Shown here: one piece after another, positions 49,659 to 60,143 of the stretch
How the letters are laid out: every line of letters starts with the position of its first letter
Position numbering within the stretch: position 1 is the first letter of the stretch
Assembly: GCA_052279835.1 (NCBI GenBank)
Contig: CP181291.1
Location: 5,728,001 to 5,792,000 of the forward strand
DNA length: 64,000 nucleotides
Source: Microcoleus sp.
GTDB taxonomy: Bacteria > Cyanobacteriota > Cyanobacteriia > Cyanobacteriales > Microcoleaceae
Reading direction: 5' to 3'
The notes under the pieces: generated by a model
Database searches by the model: none
What the model saw: only the letters and a program-made list of their open reading frames with translations
What the model was told of the DNA's origin: nothing
Translations under genes and position numbers: made by a program

Positions 49659-50705
49659 ATGGAAAAAGAAACAGGAAAAATACCAGCTTCGCTGTTGACC
49701 CTAGTTGGTGGACTAGCGATCGCAGCAATCAGCTTCTGGTATGGTCAAAACAACCACCTAATGCCAGAGCAAGCTTCAGAACAAGCGCCACTGGTAGACA
49801 ATTTTTTTAATCTGATGACCACGATCGCCACAGCCCTATTTATAGTGGTAGAAGGTGCGATCGTCTATTTTGCGGTCAAATTTCGCTACCGCCCCGGAGA
49901 CGAAACCGACGGTCCACCCATCAGCGAAAACTTTGCCTTAGAAATCTTCTGGACGGCAATACCCGCAATTTTGGTGATTGGTGTAGGCATCTACAGCGTC
50001 GAAGTCTTTAGAGATATGGGAGGCTTCGATCCCGGTGGCAGTCAGGTGATGGCTCACGTTCACGACTCCACCCACGCAGGTCATAAAATGCCCAAAGGCA
50101 GTGCAATGGCCGCTCCCCTCATCGCCGACTCAGGAACCATGGAATCAGAAATGGCGGCAGAAATGGGTGGCACACCAACCGCAAAATACGGTTTCGGAGC
50201 GAAACCTTCGGAGACAGGCAAATTCGCAGGCCTCACTGTCAACGTCACCGGGATGCAATATGCCTGGATATTTAACTATCCCGACAGCGGAGTCACCTCT
50301 GGAGAACTCCATGTCCCCACGGGTAAATCAGTTCAACTCAACCTTTCGGCCGTTGACGTGATCCACTCCTTCTGGGTCCCCCAATTCCGGCTCAAACAAG
50401 ATGCGATTCCCGGAATTCCCACGGAATTGCGGTTTGTCGCCACCAAACCTGGTGACTATCCCGTCTTTTGTGCGGAACTTTGTGGTGGCTACCACGGCGC
50501 CATGCGGACTCGCGTGATTGTTCATACTCCTGAAGAATACGAAAACTGGCTCAAAGAAAGCCAGATTGCTCAAGAGCTAGATGTCGATCGCGCGATCGCA
50601 GTTAATCCGGCTAACTTGTCAGAATCCGAATTTCTAGCTCCCTACGTGAGCAATATGGGGATTAATCCCGAAACTGTCGCTCAACTCCAACCGACTAGGA
50701 ATTAA
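49659..50705 (+). CDS. coxB: Cytochrome c oxidase subunit II
   Basis: DVIHSFW and CuA motif CAELCGGYHGAM. Confidence 0.97.
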   Translation: MEKETGKIPASLLTLVGGLAIAAISFWYGQNNHLMPEQASEQAPLVDNFFNLMTTIATALFIVVEGAIVYFAVKFRYRPGDETDGPPISENFALEIFWTAIPAILVIGVGIYSVEVFRDMGGFDPGGSQVMAHVHDSTHAGHKMPKGSAMAAPLIADSGTMESEMAAEMGGTPTAKYGFGAKPSETGKFAGLTVNVTGMQYAWIFNYPDSGVTSGELHVPTGKSVQLNLSAVDVIHSFWVPQFRLKQDAIPGIPTELRFVATKPGDYPVFCAELCGGYHGAMRTRVIVHTPEEYENWLKESQIAQELDVDRAIAVNPANLSESEFLAPYVSNMGINPETVAQLQPTRN

Positions 50706-50880
50706 AAAAAAGCCAATTAAAAATTAAAAATGCCACAAGCAATTTAACATTTTTAATTTTTAAAGCGAAGCTTTTCCCGCTCGCCCTTCGACTTCGCTCA
50801 GGATAAACTCAGTTGAAGGGTCGATGTGTTGCAGTGTCCTTGGACTTTCTTCCTGAATTTCCCCCCTTGGGGGGGGGTGA

Positions 50881-50985
50881 TATCAATTCCGGTTGTACCG
50901 TCAGGTGATTTAACCGCGAAGGCGCGAAGGACGCGAAGGAAGAGAAGAGAGAGTTTAATAATTCCGATGAAGAGAGGATTTTATA
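50881..50985. mobile_element. Diverged family A MITE, TSD TGA
   Basis: TGA|TATCAATTCCGG...ATTCCGATG..GGATTTTATA|TGA inside the C/G-run repeat. Confidence 0.8.
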
Positions 50986-51072
50986 TGACTTCTTCTTTCT
51001 TCTTTCTTCTTTCTTCCTTCTTCCTTCTTCCTTCTTCCTTCTTCCTTCTAATTAAAATTCCCAACATATCAA

Positions 51073-52845
51073 ATGGCACAAGCACAACTTCCGGTAAATA
51101 CACCGCCAGAAATTAAAGGCGATACTTATTCCCACCATCCAAAAGCGTGGAAATGGTATGACTACTTTACTTTCAACATAGACCACAAAGTAATTGGTAT
51201 TCAATACCTAGTAACAGCGTTTATTTTCTACCTGATTGGCGGATTAATGGCGATGGCGATGCGGGCGGAACTTTACACCCCCGATTCCGACTTTATGGAC
51301 CCGAACCTCTACAACGCTTTCCTGACTAACCACGGGACGATCATGATTTTCCTGTGGATCGTGCCAGCAGCGATCGGCGGATTCGGCAACTTTTTAGTCC
51401 CGCTGATGATCGGCGCTAGAGACATGGCGTTTCCCAAGCTCAACGCGATCGCCTTTTGGGTGAATCCCCCCGCCGGACTCATCCTCATGAGCAGCTTCTT
51501 CTTCGGAGGAGCTCAATCGGGTTGGACCTCCTATCCGCCACTGAGCGTGATTACAGCCAACACCGCTCAATCAATGTGGATTTTGTCGATCGTCCTAGCA
51601 GGAACCTCCTCAATTTTGGGTTCCCTCAACTTTGTTGTCACCATCCTAAAGATGAAAGTTCCCAGCATGAAATGGGATCAACTTCCCCTATTTTGCTGGT
51701 CAATTTTGGCAACTTCCGTGCTCGCACTGGTATCAACTCCAGTATTAGCAGTGGGCTTGACATTGCTGCTGTTTGATATCAACTTCGGCACCTCATTCTA
51801 CAAACCAGATGCCGGCGGCAACGTCGTTATTTATCAACACTTATTCTGGTTTTATTCCCACCCGGCAGTTTATTTGATGATTCTGCCCATCTTCGGGATC
51901 ATGTCCGAAGTTATCCCAGTTCACGCCCGCAAACCGATTTTTGGCTATAAGGCGATCGCCTATTCTAGCTTAGCCATCTGCTTAGTCGGATTGTTCGTTT
52001 GGGTGCACCATATGTTCACCAGCGGTACACCTCCCTGGATGCGGATGTTCTTCACCGTTTCCACCCTGATTGTGGCGGTTCCCACTGGTGTGAAGATTTT
52101 CGGTTGGACAGCTACCCTGTGGGGCGGTAAAATCCGTTACACCAGTGCGATGTTATTTGCGATCGGCTTATTGATGATGTTCGTCTTCGGTGGATTGACC
52201 GGAGTCACATTAGGCACTGCACCCTTCGATGTCCACGTACACGACAGCTACTACGTCGTCGGCCACTTCCACTACGTGCTCTTTGGCGGTTCCGTCTTCG
52301 GCCTCTACGCCGGAATTTACCACTGGTTCCCCAAAATCACCGGCCGGATGTACAACGAAACCTGGGGCCGCGTTCACTTCGTCCTCACCTTCATCGGCAC
52401 CAACCTCACCTTCTTACCCATGCACCAATTGGGCCTGCAAGGAATGCCCCGCCGGATTGCCATGTATGACCCCCAATTCGAGTCCCTCAACAAACTTTGT
52501 ACCTACGGTTCAATTCTGCTCGGATTTTCGGTACTTCCCTTCTTCTTCAACATGATTTGGAGTTGGATGTACGGTCCCAAAGCCAGCAGCAACCCTTGGG
52601 AAGCCTTAACTTTGGAATGGACAACTGCTTCGCCACCCATCATTGAAAACTGGGAAGTATTGCCCGTTGTCACTCACGGCCCCTACGACTACGGTATGAA
52701 TAATTTCGTTCCGAACATAGATCCTTTAGGCGTCCTGATTCCAGCAGGTAATCAAAAAGCAGTTGCCATTTCTCAGGCTGCATCCGCATCGGATGTCAAC
52801 AAAAATGCTGATGATGGCAACGGATCGAGTCAGAATGGTCATTAA
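51073..52845 (+). CDS. coxA: Cytochrome c oxidase subunit I
   Basis: DHKVIG, HGTIM, YSHPAVY (A2-type), WVHHMF, HFHYV. Confidence 0.98.
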   Translation: MAQAQLPVNTPPEIKGDTYSHHPKAWKWYDYFTFNIDHKVIGIQYLVTAFIFYLIGGLMAMAMRAELYTPDSDFMDPNLYNAFLTNHGTIMIFLWIVPAAIGGFGNFLVPLMIGARDMAFPKLNAIAFWVNPPAGLILMSSFFFGGAQSGWTSYPPLSVITANTAQSMWILSIVLAGTSSILGSLNFVVTILKMKVPSMKWDQLPLFCWSILATSVLALVSTPVLAVGLTLLLFDINFGTSFYKPDAGGNVVIYQHLFWFYSHPAVYLMILPIFGIMSEVIPVHARKPIFGYKAIAYSSLAICLVGLFVWVHHMFTSGTPPWMRMFFTVSTLIVAVPTGVKIFGWTATLWGGKIRYTSAMLFAIGLLMMFVFGGLTGVTLGTAPFDVHVHDSYYVVGHFHYVLFGGSVFGLYAGIYHWFPKITGRMYNETWGRVHFVLTFIGTNLTFLPMHQLGLQGMPRRIAMYDPQFESLNKLCTYGSILLGFSVLPFFFNMIWSWMYGPKASSNPWEALTLEWTTASPPIIENWEVLPVVTHGPYDYGMNNFVPNIDPLGVLIPAGNQKAVAISQAASASDVNKNADDGNGSSQNGH

Positions 52846-52992
52846 TTAGTCAAAAATAGGACACCAAAAACCCTGGTGGTTGAGCGAAGTCGAAACCTTA
52901 GTCCCTTCGAGTTCGCTCAAAGTAAAAGATTGAGCAAACTCGAAGGGAGCAAATTTTTCACCAGCCCCCGCTCAAAGTACAACAACAGAATA

Positions 52993-53114
52993 GGGAGCAT
53001 CGCGATTTTGTAAGGGCTATAGCATGACCGTAGACAATTTATTAGTGATCACCAAAGATTTACAGCGGTCATGCTTCGCCCCTACGAATATATTTGCCAA
53101 ACAAAGATGCACCC
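52993..53114 (+). mobile_element. 122-bp MITE (family C) with internal REP doublet
   Basis: GGGAGCATC...GATGCACCC; flanks ACAGAATA/ACACAATA; inverted homolog at 56494-56615. Confidence 0.8.
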
Positions 53115-53198
53115 ACACAATAGCCCCATACCCGACTTCTTCGAGAAGTCTAGGATCTCAAACAAGATAGTTTCAAGCCTTTAATATTGGAGACTTTT

Positions 53199-53840
53199 AT
53201 GCAAGGTTCAGCAATTGATAGTCCAGAAAGTGTACTCAACTCGTCAGTCCCTCCAGTCGCGGCAGCCAGCGCCGGGGAACACCACGAAGAACACCCAGAT
53301 TTGCGACTGTTTGGGCTCGTGACTTTTCTAATTTCTGAATCCCTCATGTTTGGAGGGCTGTTTGCAACTTACTTATTATTGCGAGGTGGTGCAGAATCTT
53401 GGCCACCAGAAGGCACAGAAGTAGAATTATTGTTGCCGACAATCAACACAATTATTCTGGTTTCCAGCAGTTTTGTAATTCACTTCGGTGACACTGCGGT
53501 CAAAAAGAATGATATCAAAGGAATGCGATTTTGGTACGCCATTACTGCGGTGATGGGACTTGTTTTCTTAGGAGGTCAAGTTTATGAATATATGACCTTG
53601 GGTTATGGCTTGACTGAGAATATATTTGCTAACTGTTTCTATGTGATGACAGGTTTCCACGGTTTGCACGTTTTTCTTGGTATCTGCTTAATTTTGGGCG
53701 TGCTCTGGCGGAGTCGCCGCGAGGGCCATTACTCAAATGTGAAGCACACAGGTATCGAAATGGCAGAAATTTACTGGCACTTCGTAGACATTATTTGGAT
53801 TGTTTTGTTCTTGCTAATTTACGTCCTCACTCTTTTCTAA
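53199..53840 (+). CDS. coxC: Cytochrome c oxidase subunit III
   Basis: FLISESLMF, TGFHGLHV, YWHFVDIIW; ATG after GGAG RBS. Confidence 0.96.
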   Translation: MQGSAIDSPESVLNSSVPPVAAASAGEHHEEHPDLRLFGLVTFLISESLMFGGLFATYLLLRGGAESWPPEGTEVELLLPTINTIILVSSSFVIHFGDTAVKKNDIKGMRFWYAITAVMGLVFLGGQVYEYMTLGYGLTENIFANCFYVMTGFHGLHVFLGICLILGVLWRSRREGHYSNVKHTGIEMAEIYWHFVDIIWIVLFLLIYVLTLF

Positions 53841-53858
53841 ACTGCTAGTAGATTCAGC

Positions 53859-53886
53859 AAAAAACCCCCAGCCTTGGGGGTTTTTT
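53859..53886 (+). terminator. Intrinsic terminator after coxC
   Basis: AAAAAACCCCCA-gcct-TGGGGGTTTTTT. Confidence 0.85.
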
Positions 53887-53932
53887 ATTTTTTTATGCTT
53901 GCAGTTTCTTGGGTGGTTTAAAACCCAGTTCA

Positions 53933-54036
53933 TATCGTTTCCGGCTACATCGGAATGATTTAACCTTACTAGAACACAGAGGACACAGAGGGAGAGAATA
54001 AAGAGATGAATAATTCAGATGCTACCGGATTTGATA
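53933..54036. mobile_element. 104-bp family A MITE, TSD TCA
   Basis: Close homolog of 32486-32587; TCA duplicated. Confidence 0.9.
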
Positions 54037-54342
54037 TCAATAGTCAAACTTTCGTCTACCTCAGCAGACAAGCAAGATTGAGGGATATTTAAGCCTGTTG
54101 CTATATCAGCAGTCGGGTTTCTGGCTATAATGTTTTGTAAAAATATGATGACTTATATAGCCTTTCTCAGAAAGAGGAGGTACGATCGAGAATTGGTAAT
54201 AGGTAATTGGTAATGCCCTATACTTCGACAACGCTGGAGCCCAAGTACCCTATGCCCCATACTTCGACTTGGTTCAGCCGCAGACAAGTTGATTTACTAA
54301 TCAAAAATATACAAATTATCCACAATTTAAAATTTTACACCC

Positions 54343-55776
54343 ATGTCTCAAAAAAATGAAACAGTTATTCTAGTGTTATCCTTAGCAATTACCATGGGGC
54401 TAGCCAGTGCAGGTATTTGGTGGCTGACAAAGAGTAAAGACATCAATTTAGGGAGTAAGTCTTCGGAAAAATTGATTTCTAACGCTTCCCCAACAGCCAA
54501 TGCTTCGCAATCACAACAGTCGATTGAGCAGCGTTTGAGCCTAGGAGAAAAACTGTTAATTCCAGGGGGAGCAACGGCCAAAAAACAAGAAGCTGTAGCG
54601 GCGATCGCATCTAGCAACTACAACACAGCTATTTCCAATCTAGAAGCCTCCCTACAAACAAATCGCAACGATCCAGAAGCCTTAATTTATCTCAATAACG
54701 CCCGGATTGGCGACAAAAAATCCTATACTATTGCTGTGGCTGTTCCCATTGGTAGCGATATCAATGCAGCTCAAGAAATGCTGCGGGGCGTGGCTCAAGC
54801 TCAAAATGAAATCAACCAAAGTGGTGGGATTAGCGGTATTCCTTTAAAAGTGCTGATTGCTAATGATGATAATAACCCAGAGATAGCCTCCAAAATAGCC
54901 AGTGATTTAGCCAGAAAATCGGAAATTTTAGGAGTAGTCGGACATTTTGGCTCTGATGTCACCCTCGCAGCCAGTAAGGTTTATCAACAAAATCAATTAG
55001 TAGCAATTTCTCCTACCAGTACCTCTGTACAACTCTCTGGGGTTGGTAGTAATATATTTCGGACAGTACCGAGCGATCGATTTGCGGCTAATGCTCTTTC
55101 TCGCTATATGTTAGGAAAATTGAAAAAGCAAAAAGTTGTGGTTTTTTTCAATTCTACCAGCAGTTACAGCAACTCTTTAAAAAATGAATTTACCACAGCT
55201 ATCTACGCAGATGGAGGACAAATTATATCGGAGTTTGATTTAGCTAACGGCAATTTTAATGCTGCCGATAGCGTTGAAAAAGCGATCGCCCAAGGAGCAG
55301 AAGCTATCATGTTAGCATCAAACTCTAGCACCATAGAGCAAGCTTTGCAAGTAGTGAAATTCAACGCGAAACGGTTGCCATTATTAGCCGGAGATGGCGC
55401 TTATACGGCTAAAATACTACAAATTGGTGCAGCGGGAGCAACAGGTATGACGATCGCAGTTCCTTGGCACATTCTGGCAGATCCCCAGTCCAGTTTTCCC
55501 CAAGCATCAAAACTTTTATGGAATGCTGAAGTCAGTTGGCGTACAGCTTTAGCCTACGACGCGGCGAAAGCTTTAATTGCTGGTTTACAGGTGAATCCGA
55601 CTCGTAGCGGTATTCAAAAAGCTCTCTCAGCGTCGGATTTTTCGGTAACGGGGGCGAATGGTGCGATTCGATTTTTAGCTTCGGGCGATCGCAATCAAGG
55701 CGTTCAGTTAGTAACTGTGCAACCGGGAAATCGCACCAGTTACGGTTATGACTTTGTACCGATATCTGGTTTGTGA
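54343..55776 (+). CDS. Membrane-anchored LivJ/receptor-type ligand-binding protein
   Basis: N-terminal TM, NDPEALIYLNN, LRGVAQAQ, FRTVPSD, ALAYDA; no transporter genes adjacent. Confidence 0.88.
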   Translation: MSQKNETVILVLSLAITMGLASAGIWWLTKSKDINLGSKSSEKLISNASPTANASQSQQSIEQRLSLGEKLLIPGGATAKKQEAVAAIASSNYNTAISNLEASLQTNRNDPEALIYLNNARIGDKKSYTIAVAVPIGSDINAAQEMLRGVAQAQNEINQSGGISGIPLKVLIANDDNNPEIASKIASDLARKSEILGVVGHFGSDVTLAASKVYQQNQLVAISPTSTSVQLSGVGSNIFRTVPSDRFAANALSRYMLGKLKKQKVVVFFNSTSSYSNSLKNEFTTAIYADGGQIISEFDLANGNFNAADSVEKAIAQGAEAIMLASNSSTIEQALQVVKFNAKRLPLLAGDGAYTAKILQIGAAGATGMTIAVPWHILADPQSSFPQASKLLWNAEVSWRTALAYDAAKALIAGLQVNPTRSGIQKALSASDFSVTGANGAIRFLASGDRNQGVQLVTVQPGNRTSYGYDFVPISGL

Positions 55777-55854
55777 GCTATTCGTGAGTGTGGAATGTAG
55801 GTTATAAATTGATAATTAGGGATAATTTATATTAAAATAGAACAACAAGTTTGG

Positions 55855-56490
55855 ATGGTGAATCCTATGACTTCTCAAGTTGTGTCTCCGGTGATAGCTG
55901 AATCTTTGCCAGAACAGCGCGTGGTGTTGGAGGGGGTAAGTTGGCAACAGTATGAATTATTGTTAGCCACTTTTGGCGATGATTTTCCAGCTTTGCGGTT
56001 GAGCTATTTGGAAGGAATGTTAGAAATTATGAGTACATCTCCCCTACATGAAGAGCTCAAAAAAATGATTGGGATGCTGATGGAAGCATATTTTCAGGAT
56101 ACACGTACCCGCTTTCATGCGATCGGTTCGGCAACGTTTCGCAAGGTTTCTAAGCAGCGCGGATTGGAGCCTGATGAGTGCTATTGTTTGGGACAGAAAA
56201 AGGATTTTCCAGATTTAGCGATCGAGGTTGTGCTCAGTAGTGGCATTGTGGATAAGTTGGAGATTTACCGAGGGCTGGGAGTGACGGAAGTTTGGGTGTG
56301 GGAAGCAGGACGATTTACGATTCATCATCTGCGGGCGGAGGGCTATGAATGTGTTGTCAGGAGTGAGTTGTTGCCAGAATGTGACATGGAGTTGTTAGCT
56401 AATTATGTCAAGCCAGAGGAACAGTTTGATGCGGTGATTGCTTTTCGGGATGAATTGAAGATGCGATTGTCTAGCCAACCGCAGGAGTGA
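55855..56490 (+). CDS. Uma2 family endonuclease
   Basis: VSWQQYE, LEPDECY, PDLAIEV, GVTEVW. Confidence 0.92.
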   Translation: MVNPMTSQVVSPVIAESLPEQRVVLEGVSWQQYELLLATFGDDFPALRLSYLEGMLEIMSTSPLHEELKKMIGMLMEAYFQDTRTRFHAIGSATFRKVSKQRGLEPDECYCLGQKKDFPDLAIEVVLSSGIVDKLEIYRGLGVTEVWVWEAGRFTIHHLRAEGYECVVRSELLPECDMELLANYVKPEEQFDAVIAFRDELKMRLSSQPQE

Positions 56491-56493
56491 GTT

Positions 56494-56615
56494 GGGTGCA
56501 TCTCTATTTTGCAAGTATATTTCTAGGGGCTTTCGCATGACGGCTGTAAATCTCTGGCGATAGCTAATAAATTGTCTGCGCTCATGCTTCGCCTATGCAA
56601 AATCGGGATGCTCCC
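56494..56615 (-). mobile_element. Family C MITE with perfect 8-bp TSD
   Basis: AGTGAGTT|GGGTGCATC...GATGCTCCC|AGTGAGTT. Confidence 0.88.
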
Positions 56616-56726
56616 AGTGAGTTTGTGTCTATATTCTCCGATGTCCACTTTCTTTAAGAAGTAGGGAATCTAACAAAAAAGTGTTTTATTTATGTGTTAA
56701 AATACAATCTAAAATTTGATATTTTT

Positions 56727-56903
56727 GTGCAAAAAACTAAAACCCCTGTGGTTATTTTGTCACTCTTAATGACGATCGCGATTCTGGGTACTGCTATTTG
56801 GTGGTTTACACGCAGTAGCGTCAATCTCCCGACTCCATCACCACCACCTCGTACTCTTCCCAAGGCACCCACCCCAAAACCGCCATCGTCATCTCTCCGA
56901 TAG
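56727..56903 (+). pseudogene. N-terminal fragment paralogous to the ligand-binding protein at 54343
   Basis: QKTKTPVVILSLLMTIAILGTAIWWFTRS versus SQKNETVILVLSLAITMGLASAGIWWLTKS, then a Pro-rich linker and stop. Confidence 0.55.
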
Positions 56904-56920
56904 ATCCAGAATTTTTTAGG

Positions 56921-57310
56921 TTAGTTCAAAGCTGGCTTCACAACCAGAATCCCTTTACCTGGGCCTTCATAAATTTCGACCCTCGATACTTGTCCACTAC
57001 CAGCATAATATGTTACATCTGCTTTGGAGCGAGATGGCATTGATTGCCAAACACCATCTTTTGAAAACACCAAATTAGTTGTGAACCCATCATCCCAATT
57101 AATGATAATTTGATTGGGATTCTGCTTAATTGAACAGCCGATTGTTTGTGCTTGTGGTTGATTCTGTCCGTAAAAACTGCATTGAGATCGATAATTCTCA
57201 GTAGAGTTTTTCGTCTGGGCTTGAACACTGATACTGAAAGCGGTGACAGATGCTAGGAGCACATTTGCTACCAAAGCAGTTGTATAAACCAAAGATGAGT
57301 GGAGTTTCAT
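56921..57310 (-). CDS. Secreted hypothetical protein
   Basis: Signal peptide ending VQA; two Cys; beta-rich. Confidence 0.75.
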   Translation of the reverse strand: MKLHSSLVYTTALVANVLLASVTAFSISVQAQTKNSTENYRSQCSFYGQNQPQAQTIGCSIKQNPNQIIINWDDGFTTNLVFSKDGVWQSMPSRSKADVTYYAGSGQVSRVEIYEGPGKGILVVKPALN

Positions 57311-57377
57311 AGATTGGGTATTTTCGAGAAAAATAACTAACTTTATGTTACGGCAATACTTATACTGTGAAATTCTA

Positions 57378-57499
57378 CTCGTTACCAGGCTCCAGCCTGG
57401 TAATGCTGATCCGGAGGCTCTGCCTCAATTTCTATTTCCCCCCCCCCAGCGAGGCAGAGCCTCTAGATATGGGTTCCCAGGCTCCAGCCTGGGAACCAG
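57378..57499 (-). repeat. CCAGGC..AGCCTGG multi-hairpin element, reverse copy
   Basis: Reverse homolog of 24568-24704. Confidence 0.85.
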
Positions 57500-57542
57500 T
57501 TATATGGAACCCTTCGACTACGCTCAGGGTACGGAGATGTAG

Positions 57543-59981
57543 CTAAACTTGGGAAACGGCGATCGCCCTAACGGGTCGATTTCTCTCAAAAATAGCCCGT
57601 GGTTTCAAAGCTATTCTCAACAACAACCAAAGCGATCGCCATTCTCCCGGTGTTTCCAATCCTTGCCACTGTCCAGGCCGACAATAGAGCATTTCAATCA
57701 AACAACGGTGTTGGTTAATATTTAGGCGATCGAAGGCAATTCGGACAGTGGGAAATCCTGCTGGCTGAAAACTTGCATCCAACCGTAATTTATCCCTCAC
57801 CAACTCAATCTTAGCCACAGGAATCAAACATTGCTCTTCCATTATTTCCAAAGTAGCCGATGCACAATCTATCAAATCTAGAGGAAAACTAATCTCTGTT
57901 TCCAACTCAAGCATTGACTGGAATGGCTGGCTTGAGTTGAAGTTTCCACCCTGGGAAACATTTCCCCTCACAGCATATTTTGGCAAATTTTCGGCTGTAA
58001 TCAAACTATTTTTGTTGACTTTACCTTTGGGCCCAAAACTCGGATGCTGAGTCAGAGCTACTTCCGCACCACTTTCCGAAATTACAGTAGTTATACCCCA
58101 AAAAGTTGTACCCCCAATCTTCAATTGTACAACCCTGTGTAAATTGAACCATTCGTAAATATCCGGTTTAGGAATATCCACCAAAATTAGTAGCGCAATC
58201 CCCAACATCAGCAAGTTGTAAACGCTCCAAATCCAGCCAAAACTCATCCCTTTTAACGCATCGGCGCTTGCTGCTACTTCCTGTCCACTACCAATATTGT
58301 GAAATAAATAAATGTTTAAATTTTGGCACAAACCCCAAGCGGTAACTAGAAACAAAACGATCAGAGGCCATCCCAAATTCCAGTTAAAATGAAATCGATC
58401 GCTAGCAAGTCCTTTTGGTGTCACCTGAAATCCCTTCCCAAACGGATTGAGCATGGCACTCACCACCGTCATCGCTAAAGGGATACACTGGACAAAGGAG
58501 TAGACATCGGAAAGTAAAGCAGACCGCGATCGGTAATTTAGCCAAGAAAACACCGTAATTTGGACTAAATAATAAGGCAGAAAGAAATACAGTAATTCCT
58601 GGGAATTTGCCCGCACGGGAAGGATGCCTAAAAACCAGTAAGCCAAAGGCATCAACAGCAATAAAACTCTACTTAAACTGGTGAACCAGTGCACCAATCC
58701 TTCCAAGTGAGACAGTCTTTGTCGCAATTTTAACCCCGGAATGGTTAAAGGATTGGAATCGATAAAAAATGCCTGGAGGGTGCCTCGCGCCCACCGCAAT
58801 CTTTGAGTTAGGTGAGCATCTATATTTTCCGCAGCTAAACCTGCACTTAATTTTTCATTTAAATAAACTAAACTATATCCACTTGCTGACAGCCGAATTC
58901 CCGTAAAATAATCTTCGCAAACGGAATTTGTGACAAAGCCTCCCACAGATTCTAAAGCGCTGCGTCTGAGCACAAAAGATGTGCCACAACAAATTACACT
59001 TTCTGCACCATCTTTGAGGAGTTGAATTTGTCTATAAAATACTTCTTCTTCGGAAGTAACAATGTTTTCTAATCCCAGGTTGCGGGCGATGGGGTCGTGA
59101 TTGTAAAAGCTTTGAGGAGTTTGAACAAGGGCGATTTTTGGATTTTGAAAAAATCCTACTGTTCTGGTTAAAAAGTTGGTGGTTGGAATAAAATCTGCAT
59201 CGAAAACAACTAGGAGTTCTCCATTGGTTAAAGCTGTGGCATGATTTATGTTGCCAGCTTTTGCGTGGCGATTATCTGGTCTGCTTATATATTCGCATCC
59301 GAGTTCTTTTGCCAATAATTTGATTTCATGACGTTGAGTATCATCGAGTAAATATACTTTTTTATTGGTATAGTCTAAGGCTTGACAACCGATGATTGTG
59401 CGCCTTAAAATAAAGGCTGGTTCGTTGTAGGTTGGGATTAAAATATCTACGGAAGGGGAAAAGTATCCTGACTCAACGGCAACAGCCATGCGATCGGCTT
59501 CTCTGCCACGATCTTTCACTCTCAGCGTGAAGTAAAGTAGACTGCTGCTAGTGAAAACCATTAACATTTCTAGGAAAAACAGCCCCAAACTAAAGATACC
59601 ATTGAGGGGACTGCTGAGATTGAGAGTAGCGAGCGATCGCCACAAAAAGTAGCGAATTGTTAAAGCCAAAACTATCGCAACTACCACAGCCTGTGACCAT
59701 TTCTGGGGCCGAGGCGAAATTTTCAATACAGCGAAGACTATTGATACTAGGATGAGAGTCGGGAGTAATAAATACATCTGGCTAACAGCAGGCACTTGCA
59801 GCCCCACAGGCGGGTTTTGTTGCCAAATATTGATTTGGGCAAAAACACCGCTGACAGTGCCTTCATGGGAAAACCACGCCCCGACGATCGCACTTACGAA
59901 AGCCACTACCCCTAATAGGACTAAGGTGGCGATCGGCACGGGACGTTTAAAGTCTCGAAGGTGAAATCTGGAATTTGTCAT
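57543..59981 (-). CDS. Cellulose synthase-like processive GT2 (BcsA family)
   Basis: PTYNE, LDD, KAGNIN, FDAD, QTPQ, CED and QRLRW motifs; TM helices. The MTNSRF start is preferred to 60035. Confidence 0.9.
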   Translation of the reverse strand: MTNSRFHLRDFKRPVPIATLVLLGVVAFVSAIVGAWFSHEGTVSGVFAQINIWQQNPPVGLQVPAVSQMYLLLPTLILVSIVFAVLKISPRPQKWSQAVVVAIVLALTIRYFLWRSLATLNLSSPLNGIFSLGLFFLEMLMVFTSSSLLYFTLRVKDRGREADRMAVAVESGYFSPSVDILIPTYNEPAFILRRTIIGCQALDYTNKKVYLLDDTQRHEIKLLAKELGCEYISRPDNRHAKAGNINHATALTNGELLVVFDADFIPTTNFLTRTVGFFQNPKIALVQTPQSFYNHDPIARNLGLENIVTSEEEVFYRQIQLLKDGAESVICCGTSFVLRRSALESVGGFVTNSVCEDYFTGIRLSASGYSLVYLNEKLSAGLAAENIDAHLTQRLRWARGTLQAFFIDSNPLTIPGLKLRQRLSHLEGLVHWFTSLSRVLLLLMPLAYWFLGILPVRANSQELLYFFLPYYLVQITVFSWLNYRSRSALLSDVYSFVQCIPLAMTVVSAMLNPFGKGFQVTPKGLASDRFHFNWNLGWPLIVLFLVTAWGLCQNLNIYLFHNIGSGQEVAASADALKGMSFGWIWSVYNLLMLGIALLILVDIPKPDIYEWFNLHRVVQLKIGGTTFWGITTVISESGAEVALTQHPSFGPKGKVNKNSLITAENLPKYAVRGNVSQGGNFNSSQPFQSMLELETEISFPLDLIDCASATLEIMEEQCLIPVAKIELVRDKLRLDASFQPAGFPTVRIAFDRLNINQHRCLIEMLYCRPGQWQGLETPGEWRSLWLLLRIALKPRAIFERNRPVRAIAVSQV

Positions 59982-60143
59982 AAATGTGAAATGCCCGATC
60001 GAGTCTACAAAAGCTTTCAAACACCATGTAAACACATTTTAACATTTTCACAATTTTCTTCAACGCACTCTCTTCTCCTCCTCTGTGTCCTCTGCGTCCT
60101 CTGCGGTTAAATAAATCAGGTCTAACCGTAAACGACATAACAT

